Source of the DNA: Octopus bimaculoides
Taxonomy: Eukaryota
Assembly (NCBI RefSeq): GCF_001194135.2
Contig: NC_068984.1
Span: 41,427,398-41,462,861 of the forward strand
Direction of reading: 5' to 3'
Length of the DNA stretch: 35,464 bases
Part shown: positions 1-12,156 of the stretch, in pieces
How the letters are laid out: each line of letters opens with the position of its first letter
Position numbering within the stretch: position 1 is the stretch's first letter
Made by a program: the position numbers and the translations under genes
Notes under the pieces: generated by a model
The model's input: only the letters and a program-made list of their open reading frames with translations
Told to the model about the DNA's origin: nothing
Database searches by the model: none

Positions 1-420
1 AATATATATATATGTATATATATATATATATGTATGTATGAATATATATATATGTATATATATATATATATGTATGTATGAATATATATATATATATATG
101 TATGTATGAATATATATATATATATATATATGTATGTATATCTATTTATATGTATGTATGTATACATACATGTGTATATGTTTTTATGTATGTATATCTA
201 TTTATATGTATGTATGTATACATACCTGTGTATATGTTTTTATGTATGTATATCTATTTATATCTATGTATGTATACATACATGTGTATATGTTTTTATG
301 TATGCATATTTATATGTATGTCTGTATACATACATATGTGTATATGTTTTTATGTATACATATTTATATATATGTATGTATACGTACGTACATACATACA
401 TACATACATACATTACATAC
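1..420. repeat. Compound (AT)n/(ATGT)n microsatellite with a 40-bp and then a 56-bp higher-order period
   Basis: Bases 1-40 equal 41-80. The unit starting tctatttata recurs at 141, 197 and 253 (period 56) and then decays. The tract ends in (CATA)n. Confidence 0.95.
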
Positions 421-1550
421 ATGCCTTCAAACAAACAAACAATCTTTTAGTGTATTTCAGTAAATTTATGTTTTGAAAATATATACATAATCTAATTTGA
501 TTAATGATACTGTTCTTTTGTATGTTAGACTCTACTTTAAATTTATCAATCGTAGTATTACTAAACATAGCTTGCATCTCTTTTCTGTCTGCTTTTATCT
601 TCAAGTTCAACTGATTTGAATAGATTCAAGAGCCTGTTACTCAGCTAGTGTTGGACATTCAGACATAAGCAGGGAGAACCAATTGCTGTTCCTGCAGCAA
701 CACTGCTGTAGTCCAAAAGTAGAGTAAATGAATAAACAGCAATACAACTTCGTAGAAGCAATTCTAGAATGCAGCTGTGAATCAGACTGCCTTAGGGATT
801 AAAATACACACTCTTGTACAAATTAAAAATTAATACCTTAATACCATTACTTCTAAAGATTTAATTATACTTCTCCACCACTGGTGGCAAGTACATATAT
901 CAAAGATATTCCTATTTAATTGATGGCATCAATGAAGACAATAAAAGAATTGGACAAGATCTTTTACATTGAGGCACCAAATTTCTGAGGTCAAATTCCA
1001 TTGAGATTATTTTGCCTTTTATCGTTTCTAGTTCAGTAAAATGAGAAGCAAGCAGATTTAACCACCTGCACTCCTCTACAACTAAAACTAGCCTTATTCA
1101 TGATTAAAAGAATTTATTATTATTAGTGTTATATGAAGTCAGAAGTGGTGCAGCATCAGACTAAACACTTTACAGTATTTAGTTCTGACATCTATGTTAT
1201 GAGTTCAAATAAAACCCAGTAATGTATTGGATTTGATCCAATTCACTAAACTTCCTCTCCCACCAATGAAAAATAACAAAAACAAAAATTGGCTTTGTAT
1301 CTAGTGAAAAGAAAATAATATCATCATATCTGGTTTTATAACTAAATTTGTGCAATACCTTAGAATAGTTGAAAACTAACTTGTGCAACTGGTCAATGTA
1401 TGTTTTGTGACATATATTAATATATATTATATATTATAGGAATTGATAGTTATATTGTTTATGCACATTTGCAATAAAGCTGCACATAAGAATTTAGATT
1501 GACATTTTAAAACTGTTGTACCTTTTCCTCAATATACACCTCTCCACCAG

Positions 1551-1592
1551 TCTTTCTCTCTCCCTCTCTCTTTCTCTCTCTCTCTCTCCCTC
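1551..1592. repeat. (CT)n microsatellite
   Basis: Read directly from the sequence. Confidence 0.9.
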
Positions 1593-2442
1593 ACCATAGC
1601 AAAATGACTTCAATATTCTCTAGAAAGAAAACTCAAAATTTCTTCATTGTAAATTATTATTTTTCTTTTTGCTGATCTCTTCACAGAAGCTACAGTTGTG
1701 CTCTAAAGTTGTGTATATCTTCTATTGCTATTGCTATCAATATTGTTCTGTTGTGAGAAGATATTGTATTGCAATAAATGCACTAATTTCTTTACAACTG
1801 TATCAAGTGCACTGAACATTTCTCTGTCAATTCTATTTCTGGAATAAATATGTTGATTAATCCTTTCTTTCAACTTAATTCTTGTTTAAAATACTTTCAT
1901 TTAATATTCAGTTTCGTTATTTTATAATATCTGTTTCTGTTTTGTTTCTTTTTTGTGGTTAAATTTTCATTGATTTATTCATTCTATCTCACTGCATTTA
2001 TCGCCTATGTTTTACCATATATCTGAGCTTTTGAAACATTTAAAAGTTTAAAAAATAAAGTATTAAAGATTAAAAATAGATCAGCTGACAGGAACAACTT
2101 TGACTGCAATGCAGATCTCTTAGTAAGCTACCTGTTTAAATGAAATAATAGAATTTTGCTTTCATGATATCCAAAGTATTGATGTGAATAGCCATATATG
2201 AACAAATGAATATCTGAATACTATAAGCACATCATCCTGTCTTTGATGGCTTTGTTAGAAGGCAAGGGCAGCACCTATGAATCCTTTCAGTATCTCCGAG
2301 ATTGGTGGAGAGAAGAGTAAAAAATTATCCTTAGACTGAATATCAGGCCTAAATGCTTGCAACAGAGGGAACTCTGCTAAAGTACTTAAGTTCTAAGTGG
2401 TGGTTTTAACCCAAGCAACAGATTTAGTTTGCCTCCAATAAA

Positions 2443-2600
2443 AGAACACTCCTTCCATCAGGCTTCTATTCAGTTTCCATTACCAAATTTCACCCATAAG
2501 GCTTTGGGTGAAGACTTTTCATGGTACTGTGCAATGGAATTGAATCAAAAACCATGTTGTTGCAAAGTGAGTTTCTTAATCACATAGCCATGTTTGCACC
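2443..2600 (-). mobile_element. Old tRNA-derived SINE copy (family A, as at 30113)
   Basis: Diverged reverse complement of the SINE head and body seen at 4893-5256 and 30113-30280. Confidence 0.65.
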
Positions 2601-2940
2601 TATTGAAAGATAACATCTACAATCAATGCCTCATACCAACAATGAACATGTTGAAACCAGGAAGATCCCACAAAGCCAATAAATAAATATCCAAAAAGTT
2701 TATGAATTCATCATTTTAGATGTTTACTAGAAAATCAGTAAATGGATATACAAAAATATGGAGACTTCTTTTGACTATTAAGAAGTGAAATGATATTAGG
2801 CAGGATATGTTATGAGAGTATATGTCACCCATGGGATGTAAAAATTATAGAATGGACACATCTCACATTATTTAATAAGCACCAGCCATGAACTGTATTT
2901 AAATTTTTTTTAATTTTAATATTTCAATGTTTGTTTGTAT

Positions 2941-3125
2941 AAGGTGGTGAGGTGGAAGAATCTTTAGCATGCCAGGTAAAATGCTTAGCGGCATTTTGTC
3001 TGTCTTTATACTCTGATTTTACCGTTCAGCCTTCAACGGTCGATAAAATAGGTACCAGCTGGACATTATGGTCAATGTAATCGACTTACCCCACCCAACA
3101 AATTGCTGGCCTTGTCCCAAAATTC
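2941..3125 (+). mobile_element. Diverged SINE of a second family (gtcgataaaataggtaccag / gtcaatgtaatcgactt core)
   Basis: Resembles a recalled octopus SINE family. A related antisense copy lies at about 9606-9725. Confidence 0.6.
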
Positions 3126-4689
3126 GATGCCAATATTTAAATGTCTGTGTATTACAAGTTTCTTTAAAGATTATTATGTCTTAAATATTTTAGTTATTAT
3201 ATTTTGGCTTTAGGCATACTAATATTTCAGAGATGCCAAAAATAGAAAAAGGGTAATTCAACTAATTGTTAGATTCATTCACCAACACATTACAACTTCT
3301 AGCCTACAGTTTTACAGTCTCCTCACCATGCTCATTACAATGTTTTCTGTTACTCCGAGTTAGCTAGTTGCATATCACCTCTATCTGTCTCTCCTCTTAT
3401 TGCCACTCATACTACATCTCCTACTTCATTAAACACTTTATCCATTCCTTCTCCTCTGAACATCAACCCTTGAAAATTCCTTCCTCCCCACATTTTCTTT
3501 AAGATATGCATTTACAGCGGTTCAAATTAAAGATTGACAGTATAAATCTCAGCCATCCTGAAGGGATTGTGATTTGTGAGGTATTAGTCCTTCCTTCTAA
3601 TTAAACAATTTATACACACCTAAATCTGAATGCTCTGTAGCCAAATCTATAATCACTAAGCCCTCTACCTTCCTCCCTATATCTAGTCTTTTGTTTATTT
3701 CTTTCTTATTTCACAGCCATTGTAATAAAAGTGAAGTTTAGAGAAGCAGAACTTGTTATAATCACAAAAGAAGTAAACTTCAAAACTAAATTTAGTCAGG
3801 GGAGGAGGGGATAGTGCCCATGACCTTTGTAAGCCATCTCAGGCTTGTGAGATTGATGACCAACTTGAATATCTGCAGGTAAAGGGTTTGTGGAGCAGAA
3901 CAAGGGTCCTGGCTTGAAGGGTTCTACAGTGAACTCTGATAAAGGCATCCAAGGACAAAGTGTTGGTTTAAAGGCATCCAAGAAAAATAAAGTAAAAAAA
4001 AAGCATTTAACTTAGTTAATGTCTTATCTTTGTTATATGAAAACTCAGAGGTTATATCTTTAACAGTTTATTCTTATACCAGTCACTGAAGCTGGAGTAA
4101 CACCACAAAGGGTTTTAATCAATTATATAAACCCCAGTACTTATTTTTAACTCTTGTAACAATCAGTCTTTGTCTTTATTCACTAAAACACAAAGTTATG
4201 GACAGAAACAAAGAGCACCGTTTTTATACTGTCCATGTGAAGACATACATACATGCATACATATATACATACCTATGCTCGGACAGGATACCGAATGCAC
4301 TTTTGCTGAAGGACAAGAAGCCAAACGGACACAATGTTAAAAAAAAAACATTCCTACCTACATAGTTTAATGATCAATTCACCTATTTGGCACTTAAGAT
4401 ATAAAGAGATTAAATTTTAATTTTCATATGTCTTTTTGGCATCTTTGGTGCTAGTCATTGTCTTCAGCTGTATTGTTCTCCTTCAGTCACGGCACCTGTT
4501 GGCTATGAGGGTAAAAGGTAGGGGGTTGTCCCCTACTCTCATCAGCAATCAATTTCCAGCTGTGATATAATTATCACCAATACTGCTATTATGCAATATA
4601 TATGTATGTGTTTGTTTTTATGTTCTGATTAATTTTACATTAATCTGATGGTTACTCTATATTTTTGTAGAGTACAAATTTATTATTCT

Positions 4690-5600
4690 TAATCAAGTTT
4701 GGGCCAGTTAAGCCATCATCAGACTGCGATGCATTGAAGTTAATCTTGGCTTTATAAAGTCTGTGTTGAGTTAAAACCTTCCTAAGGTGTGTGAATTAGG
4801 TTTTAGGGTGGGTTGTTATGGAGTGGAGTTTTTTGTGAAATTTATATTGATTAAATTTGGGGTTATGTTATTGTTTAGAATTTATTCACATATACTCTTT
4901 TACTTGTTTCAGTCATTTGACTGTGGCCATGCTGGAGCACCTCCTTTAGTCGAGCAAATCGACCCCAGGACTTATTCTTTGGATGCCTAGTACTTATTCT
5001 ATCAGTCTCTTTTGCCGAACCCCTAAGTTACGGGGACCTAAACACCACCATCGGTTGTCAAGCGATGTTGGGGGGACACAGACACACAAACATATATATA
5101 TATATATATACGACGGGCTTCTTTCAGTTTCCATCTACCAAATCTACTCACAAGGCTTTGGTCGGCCCGAGGCTATAGTAGAAGACACTTGCCCAAGGTG
5201 CCACGCAGTGGGACTGAACCCAGAACCATGTGATTGGTAAGCAAGCTACTTACCACTTTTTGTAAGCACCTTTTGCTGGGCAGGCATAGCAAATGTTAAT
5301 AGTTTTAGTTGATTTTGGTTTTATTGGATCTCATCCTTTGAAGTGCAAAGTTTAGTCCAGTATTTAAAAACTTAGTAATTGGGCGTGTCAACTTTTCTGT
5401 AATGGAATTTTTTAGAGGTTCACAAAAAAAAACATAGGTCAGTGATATGTTTTAGCAGGTCAATGTCTTTACTTGTTGTTGATGCTGTTGTTGTTGTTAT
5501 TTAGGATATTTCCTGTTTTTATTTGGAAGGTGGTGTTTATTAGTCAGGCATGTCATGATGTTGTTAGTATAGAAATTTGTTTATCTTGTGCTCCCTAGTC
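4690..5600 (-). mobile_element. Decayed Penelope-like element 3' part, interrupted by a SINE
   Basis: The minus frame TEKLTRPITKFLNTGLNFA followed by a GAYK (GIY-like) motif resembles the PLE RT-to-GIY-YIG linker. A degenerate hammerhead-like CTGATGA motif lies at 4716-4722 at the 3' end. Many stops are present. Confidence 0.4.
4893..5256 (-). mobile_element. Near full-length tRNA-derived SINE (family A), slightly 5'-truncated
   Basis: Reverse complement of the 30113-30280 and 30972-31182 halves, with B-box-like GGTTCAGTCCC, central (TA)n/(TG)n and an AAGAGTA tail. Confidence 0.9.
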
Positions 5601-6454
5601 CCACAGTAACCACTATGCCCAATCCTTCTTAATTAGCATGTCATCCCTCTGGAATTTTGTATGACATCATCCCAGCAGGTGTTGACCAGCAACAGTTGAA
5701 AAGAAACATTAACAGTAACAATCTGACCAGTCTTGGTGGCCAGTGAAGATCATGGGTTCTGCCTCTTTCTCCAGTCTCAGCAAAGAAGAAAAAAAAAAAT
5801 GAAAAACAAAATGAGACAAAAAGAAAACAACAACAAGAAAATGTAGAAACAAAGTCAAAAATGAAACACCCAAGCAAAATATCGTATTTTGTCCCACCTG
5901 TGAGGGTAGTGGCTCTCAACAAGAATGAAGTTGAACTGTAACAACTTGTCCAGCCCTTGCTAAAGGGATAGGCTAACAAAATAATGATGAGGGTGTGTGT
6001 GTGTGTGTGTGTACATGCATTTCTAATAAATTAAGATTGTCAAGCGTAAGAAGAATAATGAATGATGTGTGCTGTTATGACAATTTGACTATAGCCCTAC
6101 CTTTGAATTGAAGACCAGCTAAAAAGTAAATTCTGTTAGTCAGGAATGCCAGAGAAAGTAAAGGAACACAAATCGTGCATTAGTTGATGAAAAGAATGGC
6201 ATTTTTATTTGTTTGGTGATCAGAACAAAGTTCACTTGTTCTGTAGTAAATTAGAGAGCCATCAAATTCCAGTGTAGCCTAGTTTGTAACGTTAGGAACT
6301 ATATAGTCATGTAGTTGATGAAATGTCCACATCAAAAGCAGGTTGCCATATGTTATCCATAAACATAAAAATTTATTTTAACACCGGATAATCGTTAATA
6401 AATACCAAGCATTCCTCAGATTGTTAAGAATCTTGCTCAACTTAAACATGGTCA

Positions 6455-7484
6455 GTTGACACTGACTACGCGTGTGTAGGGAGTCCATTTAACAAAACCC
6501 AGCGAATATAACTCGTGCCAGATAGATTCAGAGTCAGCTCCCTTGTTTACAATAATTCGCTTTATCATTTTCTTTCTTTGGTTGGTTTGTGTGTTTAAAG
6601 TAATCATTGTTTAGCCCTAATCGAGCAGACTTATCATCAAAGACGTCTCAGCTATGACCATTCCCTTATTTTTATATCTCAGGATTGCATGGTCCAATAT
6701 ATCTTTCCTTGATGCAATAGAGATAGAGATAGAGATTACGGCTACTCAGTTGCTGTCTCTAGTCAAGGTCATGCGTGTATTAAAATAACCATGGTTACAT
6801 TTCTTATCAACATTATGAGATGAAATATACTTCTTAGGAAATTATATAGTAAAAATAATTTTTAAACATAAAACTGAAGAAGGGGGCATGTATCGAAAGA
6901 TAAAATGATCAAGTTTAAACCTCTCAGTTGGAAAACGAAGTAATCATAGCTTGTTACGATGTGATTAAACTGTTTTCCACTAAAATTTGAGGCCTTTAGC
7001 TTGTTATAAACCATATTTTCAGAAGTTGTTTGTAAATGTCAGCAGATTGTCTGAAAGTAGGTTAACAATTTTTTAGTTTGTTTAGCTAAACCTATCATCC
7101 ATATATTAAAGATGGTAAGTTGGTAATATACTTTAAATCGTTTAGCCAAATGAATTCATTCTTTGATAACTTCGCCAGCTGGTTGACACTAACTACGCGT
7201 GTGTAGGGAGTCCATTTAACAAAAACCCAGTGAATATAACTCGTGCCAGATAGATTCAGAGTCAGCTCCCTTGTTTACAATAATTAGCTTTATAATTTTC
7301 TTTCTTTGGTTGATTTGTGTGTTTAAAGTAATCATTGTTTAGCCCTAATCGAGCAGACCTATCATCAAAGACGTCTCAGCTATGACCATTCCCTTATTTT
7401 TATATCTCAGGATTGCATAGTCCAATATATCTTTCCTTGATGCAATAGAGATAGAGATTACGGCTACTCAGTTGCTGTCTCTAG
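6455..7484. repeat. Local direct duplication: 6455-6762 and 7182-7484 (about 305 bp each, few differences)
   Basis: Both copies run from gttgacact to gctgtctctag. They differ by a 6-nt GATAGA unit, a 1-nt A indel and a handful of substitutions. Confidence 0.95.
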
Positions 7485-10224
7485 CAAGTTGAATAATCAC
7501 ATAGAAAGCTGCCAATGAATGGTCTTGAAACATTTCAGAGGTAGGACATACAACCAGGATAATAGCTGTGGGAGAATAGGTGCTTTTTGCTCGAAATATG
7601 ATAGTTCTTTGTCACATAAAAACGATTGTTTTGAGAAACGTCATTTCAGAAAGCTAGGCTTTATTGAATTGTTTGTTTGAACTTTATGAAACACAATTCA
7701 TGGAAAGTCTTTTCTGCCTGTTTTTATATCAGTGGAACCAAAGTTGAAGTGATTCAACAAAATGTAACAAGTACAGGAAATTCCCCGTAGACAACTGCTG
7801 TATTTTCAAATGATGATGTAATCAGAGATCTGTCCAAAGATTATAAAAAGAGATCAGATCTCAAAACAACCAGAGAGCAATTCAGTGATGTGAAGCACTA
7901 CTCAATAGCAGCTGATATCAACAGTCTTATGTCAATATATGAAGTTTCTACACAAATGCAGCAAACACTTACTTTCATTCACTCATCCTTTCTCTTACTC
8001 TATGACTGTTATAAATCTGGTCAATGTTCTTGCAAACTGTGAAGAAGGCAAACTAATTTATCCTCTCCTTTTATTGATAAACTTGAATGAAAGTCATCTT
8101 TGTAACCGTCTCAAATTTAGTTCCTCAATAGCCAACATATGTATTGCACTTGTTGACAATTAGATTAACTTTTAACAGGAAATGCACACTCATTTGCAAA
8201 ACAGGACTATTTTCCCCACACTGTAATTGTCTCATGCTATTATAATATAAATAGAAATAGCTGAGTCTCCACAAAATACTGTAATAAATACTTAGTTGAT
8301 TGTTATCTGACAATTATTTAGTAAAAGAAAGCCGGATTTAAAATGATTTGCTTCTTGGCCGATACTAAACTTCACTATAGTTTTCTATACTCTTACACTA
8401 AAGCAGCTCTTGTCCATTCTTAAGTTTGCCTTAAAGGCTGATTATTATCACAATTATTTTTCCTCATATAATGATCTTCACAACAGCTTGTATTTATTTT
8501 TTCGTCAGGTTTTGCTTTGGCAAAACCCAGTGTTATAAACCAGTATTTTCCAACCACAGTTTCCTGAAAAATACTAATATGATAAATACAGTAACTATAT
8601 GCAGATCCGTTTTCAGTTGTTTTTTTTGGAGGGGTGGGGAATTCCATATTCATTCTTTATTGCTTATTACACATATACAATGTATTTCTTAAGGTTGGTT
8701 AAATTCTGGCATCTGAAGACATAAAGGCGAGCCTAGAGGGAAGGTAACCTTTTAATCTTTTAGCATTCAGATTACTTGGGTCAAATTTATTTATTCACAC
8801 TGCTTTAAATTAACTATGCATTATCTTGTGGCTTCAAGCTATCAATGATGTGATTGTTTATTTTTACATTGACATTGTAAGGTAGGTGTGAGATGTTAGA
8901 TCTGGCCAGTTTGAATGCTAATGGGTTAATAGAGGTTGTAGATGAATTTGGTCTGAATAAGGTCTTACTTAAAATAAAATTTCTTAAACTTTATGGCATT
9001 TGATGGATTTAGCACTGTCAAACCTTTCACAGACAGTTTAATAATTTATTTAATCTTTTATGAAATTTAACTTAATGAAAGAGAAAGGAAAAGATTAAAA
9101 CTTTCATGCAGGCATTCTCTGAGTCATGAAATATATTTGAAAGATACCTCAGAGTAAAAAGATTAGGAAATGCTGCCATAAATAATCCAGACTTGATTAA
9201 AATCTTGTTACATGTATTGATTTCTAATATAGGCACAAAGGTCAAAGTCATTGAGGAGAGCTTAATGTCCATATTTGATTAGTATTTTATCAACTCCCAG
9301 ATGGAGGAAATACAAAGCTGACCCCTATAAGATTTGGACTCACAAATAACAAGAAATTTTGTCTAGTGCTCCACTAATTGTCTGATCTATTATCCTCTCG
9401 TTATAAATGAGTGCTTCCAGACATAAGGCTTCAAATTTGGTGGATAGGTATACTTGATGAAATTGACTCATCCCAGAAGGAAGAAAGGCAATTTGGGATT
9501 TGAATTCAAAAAGTAAATTGTAGTGAAATACTGCAAAGCATTTTGTCTGCTGCTTTGATAATTTTTTCCTATACATTACCCGATAAATAATATTGATTTT
9601 TTAACTTAAGCACAAGGCCTTAAATTAGATGATTTTATTAATTTTATCACTTGGCTGGCACTTATTTTATCATTGCTGGGAAAATGAAAGAGGAACTCAA
9701 CCTTGACAGAAATTGAACCCAGAACACAACCAACACCAGCATGGCATATGGATGAAGGCAACAGAGAAAAAAAAACAACAAATACTTTTATTTTTTCATA
9801 TTGCATGGGTTTTGTTGGTAACTTAGATCTGGTCTACTCAGCAGAGAAATATCAAAGAAACAAAACAAAAAACATTAAAGAATCAATTAAGTTTATTTAG
9901 CCTTGTTTTATAAAGTGTATTTTAAGATTCAATTCCAACTATAGCACTGCATAGGAAAGAATTATATGTGTGTTACTGTATAAAATTCTACCAATGTCCT
10001 CTGTGATTTCACTGGATTTCTAAAAAGTGAAAAATAAAAATAAAATAAAGAAGTGTAAAGTTAGTCAAAAGTATTTTCTGAAGTCTTAAAGGCTGTACCA
10101 AGCAAGTGAAAACAAAACAAAACAACACCAGAAAAACAAAGACAAAAATAACATAGTTACAGAAAAATAAAATTAGACAACATACATAAGTAGATTTGCA
10201 AGCCAAGTGAGACCTAAATCCAAG

Positions 10225-10763
10225 GCCTCTGCCAGCCCACTTATGCGTACCTTTCCTACATTGGACACTAAACTCTGCTTGCGAAGACTTGTTGAGGCAA
10301 GCGAAATCGAACTAAATTCGACGACTGGCACCCGTGCCAACGTCGTCTCCTTCATTGGACACGAAACTCAGCTTGCGAAGACTTATTGGGCAAGCGAAAT
10401 CGGGATAGCACCTGTGCCCAGCGTCGCCTTTCTGGCACTTGTGCCCGTGACATGTGTAAGGATTTTCGAGCGAGATCGTTGCCAGTGCCCCTGGACTGGC
10501 TCTTGTGCGGGTGGCACATAAAATACACCATTTTGAGCGTGGCCATTGCCAGTACCACCTGACTGGCCTTCGTGCAGGTGACACGTAAAAGCACTCACTA
10601 CACTCTCTGAGTGGTTGGCGTTAGGAAGGGCATCCAGCTGTAGAAACTCTGCCAAACCAGATTGGAGCCTGGTGTTGCCATCCGGTTTCACCAGTCCTCA
10701 GTCAAATCGTCCAACCCATGCTAGCATGGAAAGCAGACGTTAAACGATGATGATGATGATGAT
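10225..10763 (+). mobile_element. RTE-LINE-related 3' tail element ending in (GAT)n, with an internal 94-bp tandem duplication
   Basis: About 10470-10763 is the reverse complement of 24146-24450 and 35215-35464. The unit starting cattggacac recurs at 10259 and 10353. Confidence 0.9.
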
Positions 10764-10789
10764 CAAAGAGGCCAGACAACAAATTTTCT

Positions 10790-11728
10790 CTCAACTGCAA
10801 TGATGTGGCAATGAAAGCAAGTGTAACTGGGATCATGCAGGTCCTGTGCAACATTCCCATGATCACTGCTCCCAATAAATCCTTAGTGCTGTGAGGCAGT
10901 TCCTACTTTCAATGCCACTTTACTTCAAGAGGTTCAAATCAGAAAGTCACATGATCCATGAAACTTCAAGGTCAGTCACTTCTGGGTTGTGAGGCCCATG
11001 TGGGAGAGAGCAGAATCCCATTGGAACATGAACTCTCCCCTGGCAGTAAACCCTTGATCTAAGGCTTGAATGCTATGTCCAGTATCTCAATGTAGGCAGT
11101 AGCATTGACACCAGGGTCCTTCAACAAGAAGGCAGCATGACACAGCCCTCATTACTCACAGCCCCCAAGACTATCAGAGAGGACTGGGTCTTGCTGTGCA
11201 TCACACACTACAGGTACCTTACATGGGGTCTGTGTAGAGCAACTCATTGATTCTCCTGCTTACCTCTGGTCTTGGTCACAATTCCTCTCATAAGGAGAAC
11301 TAGATTGTGATGGATTTCTTATGGTAATTAAACTTGCTTAGCAAACACTGATTGAATCATGTGATTCTCTCAGGTCTTACCAGATACGATCAGCTGATCC
11401 TTATTATATGGAACTCGTACCTGATGTCCTCATACACCAGATGTTTGATAGTGGACTGCCACCTTGAGTTGCTTGGTGATGACCTGAATCAGCTTGTTGA
11501 AGTTAGTGATAGGATATTAGATTAACTGAACAAACTCGGTTGTCCTGACAATGTCTGACTGCTGGAACCCCATCAGAAGCTCCCACTTCTTTCCTAACCT
11601 TGAACACGAAGGACCTGACCACATTCAAGAAGCTAGTACTCTTTGAGTTGCTGTTATTGGCAGCTAGAGCGTCCTGCATGACATGCATTTTCATTTCCTT
11701 TGTCAGATTGAAATTTGCCATGTTGATA
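10790..11728 (-). mobile_element. Decayed Tc1/mariner transposase of DD37D (maT) type, with frameshifts and stops
   Basis: Minus-strand fragments in order: MANFNLTKEMK...FLNVVRSFVFKVRKE, VYEDIRY, VMHSK...VLGAVSNEGCVMLP, VNATAYIEIL, FMFQWDSALSH (11009-11032, cf. FQQDSAPxH), DLNLL (cf. SPDLNPLDY), PHSTKD. No intact TIRs were found. Confidence 0.85.
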
Positions 11729-12156
11729 CTGTCAATACAAAGAAAGGGACAAAATTAAAATTTAGCAAACATTAATGTTATGCTGTCTTTTGTTTTATGG
11801 CCATTTGAATTGTGTTGACAAATACCCAACATACAATGAACTTTACAGGCAATTTCAACTTTTAGAATGCTGAATTTAAGGAAGTGGCAGTATGTGTATT
11901 AAAAGGTATAAAATCACTGTATTTGATGGAATATAAAATGCATTATTCAAAAATAAAAAAAAATCACCTCAGGTTCTATATGTGAAGTTGAACCACCCAA
12001 AAGTTTTAATGCAGTAAAAACTGTTTTTTTAATCCAAATATGCAATGCCGAAATTAGGTTGAATATGCTTATGTGTCTTTTATGCCATCAAATACAGTAC
12101 CTACATGTGCATATATAAAATCATTCTTTAAATTTTAATAAGGTCGAACAATTATT

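Noticed and set aside
78-476. Three overlapping 109-132-aa ORFs
   Set aside because: They are translations of (AT)n/(ATGT)n repeats that lack stops by composition.
620-1260. Faint resemblance to a Helitron/PIF1 helicase on +
   Set aside because: Walker A and other motifs are not recognisable and stops are numerous; similarity is too weak to call without a profile search.
1590-1990. Possible hAT transposase C-terminus on minus (TTVASVKRS, cf. SVERSFS)
   Set aside because: Only one short motif, no TIRs.
6874-6898. CTGAAGA...GAAA hammerhead-like spacing
   Set aside because: No convincing stem I, II or III pairing; likely chance.
8420-8563. Minus-strand exon-like frame ETVVGKYWFITLGFAK...
   Set aside because: No recognisable family. 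The sequence resembles a decayed MITE end, and its phase 0 does not fit the candidate divergent exon.
9072-9576. Two minus-strand ORFs of 66 and 78 aa
   Set aside because: No splice or homology support; they overlap degenerate SINE-like sequence in AT-rich DNA.
11503-11721. 72-aa ORF as an independent host gene
   Set aside because: It is the N-terminus of the decayed mariner; the downstream frames continue the transposase motifs.
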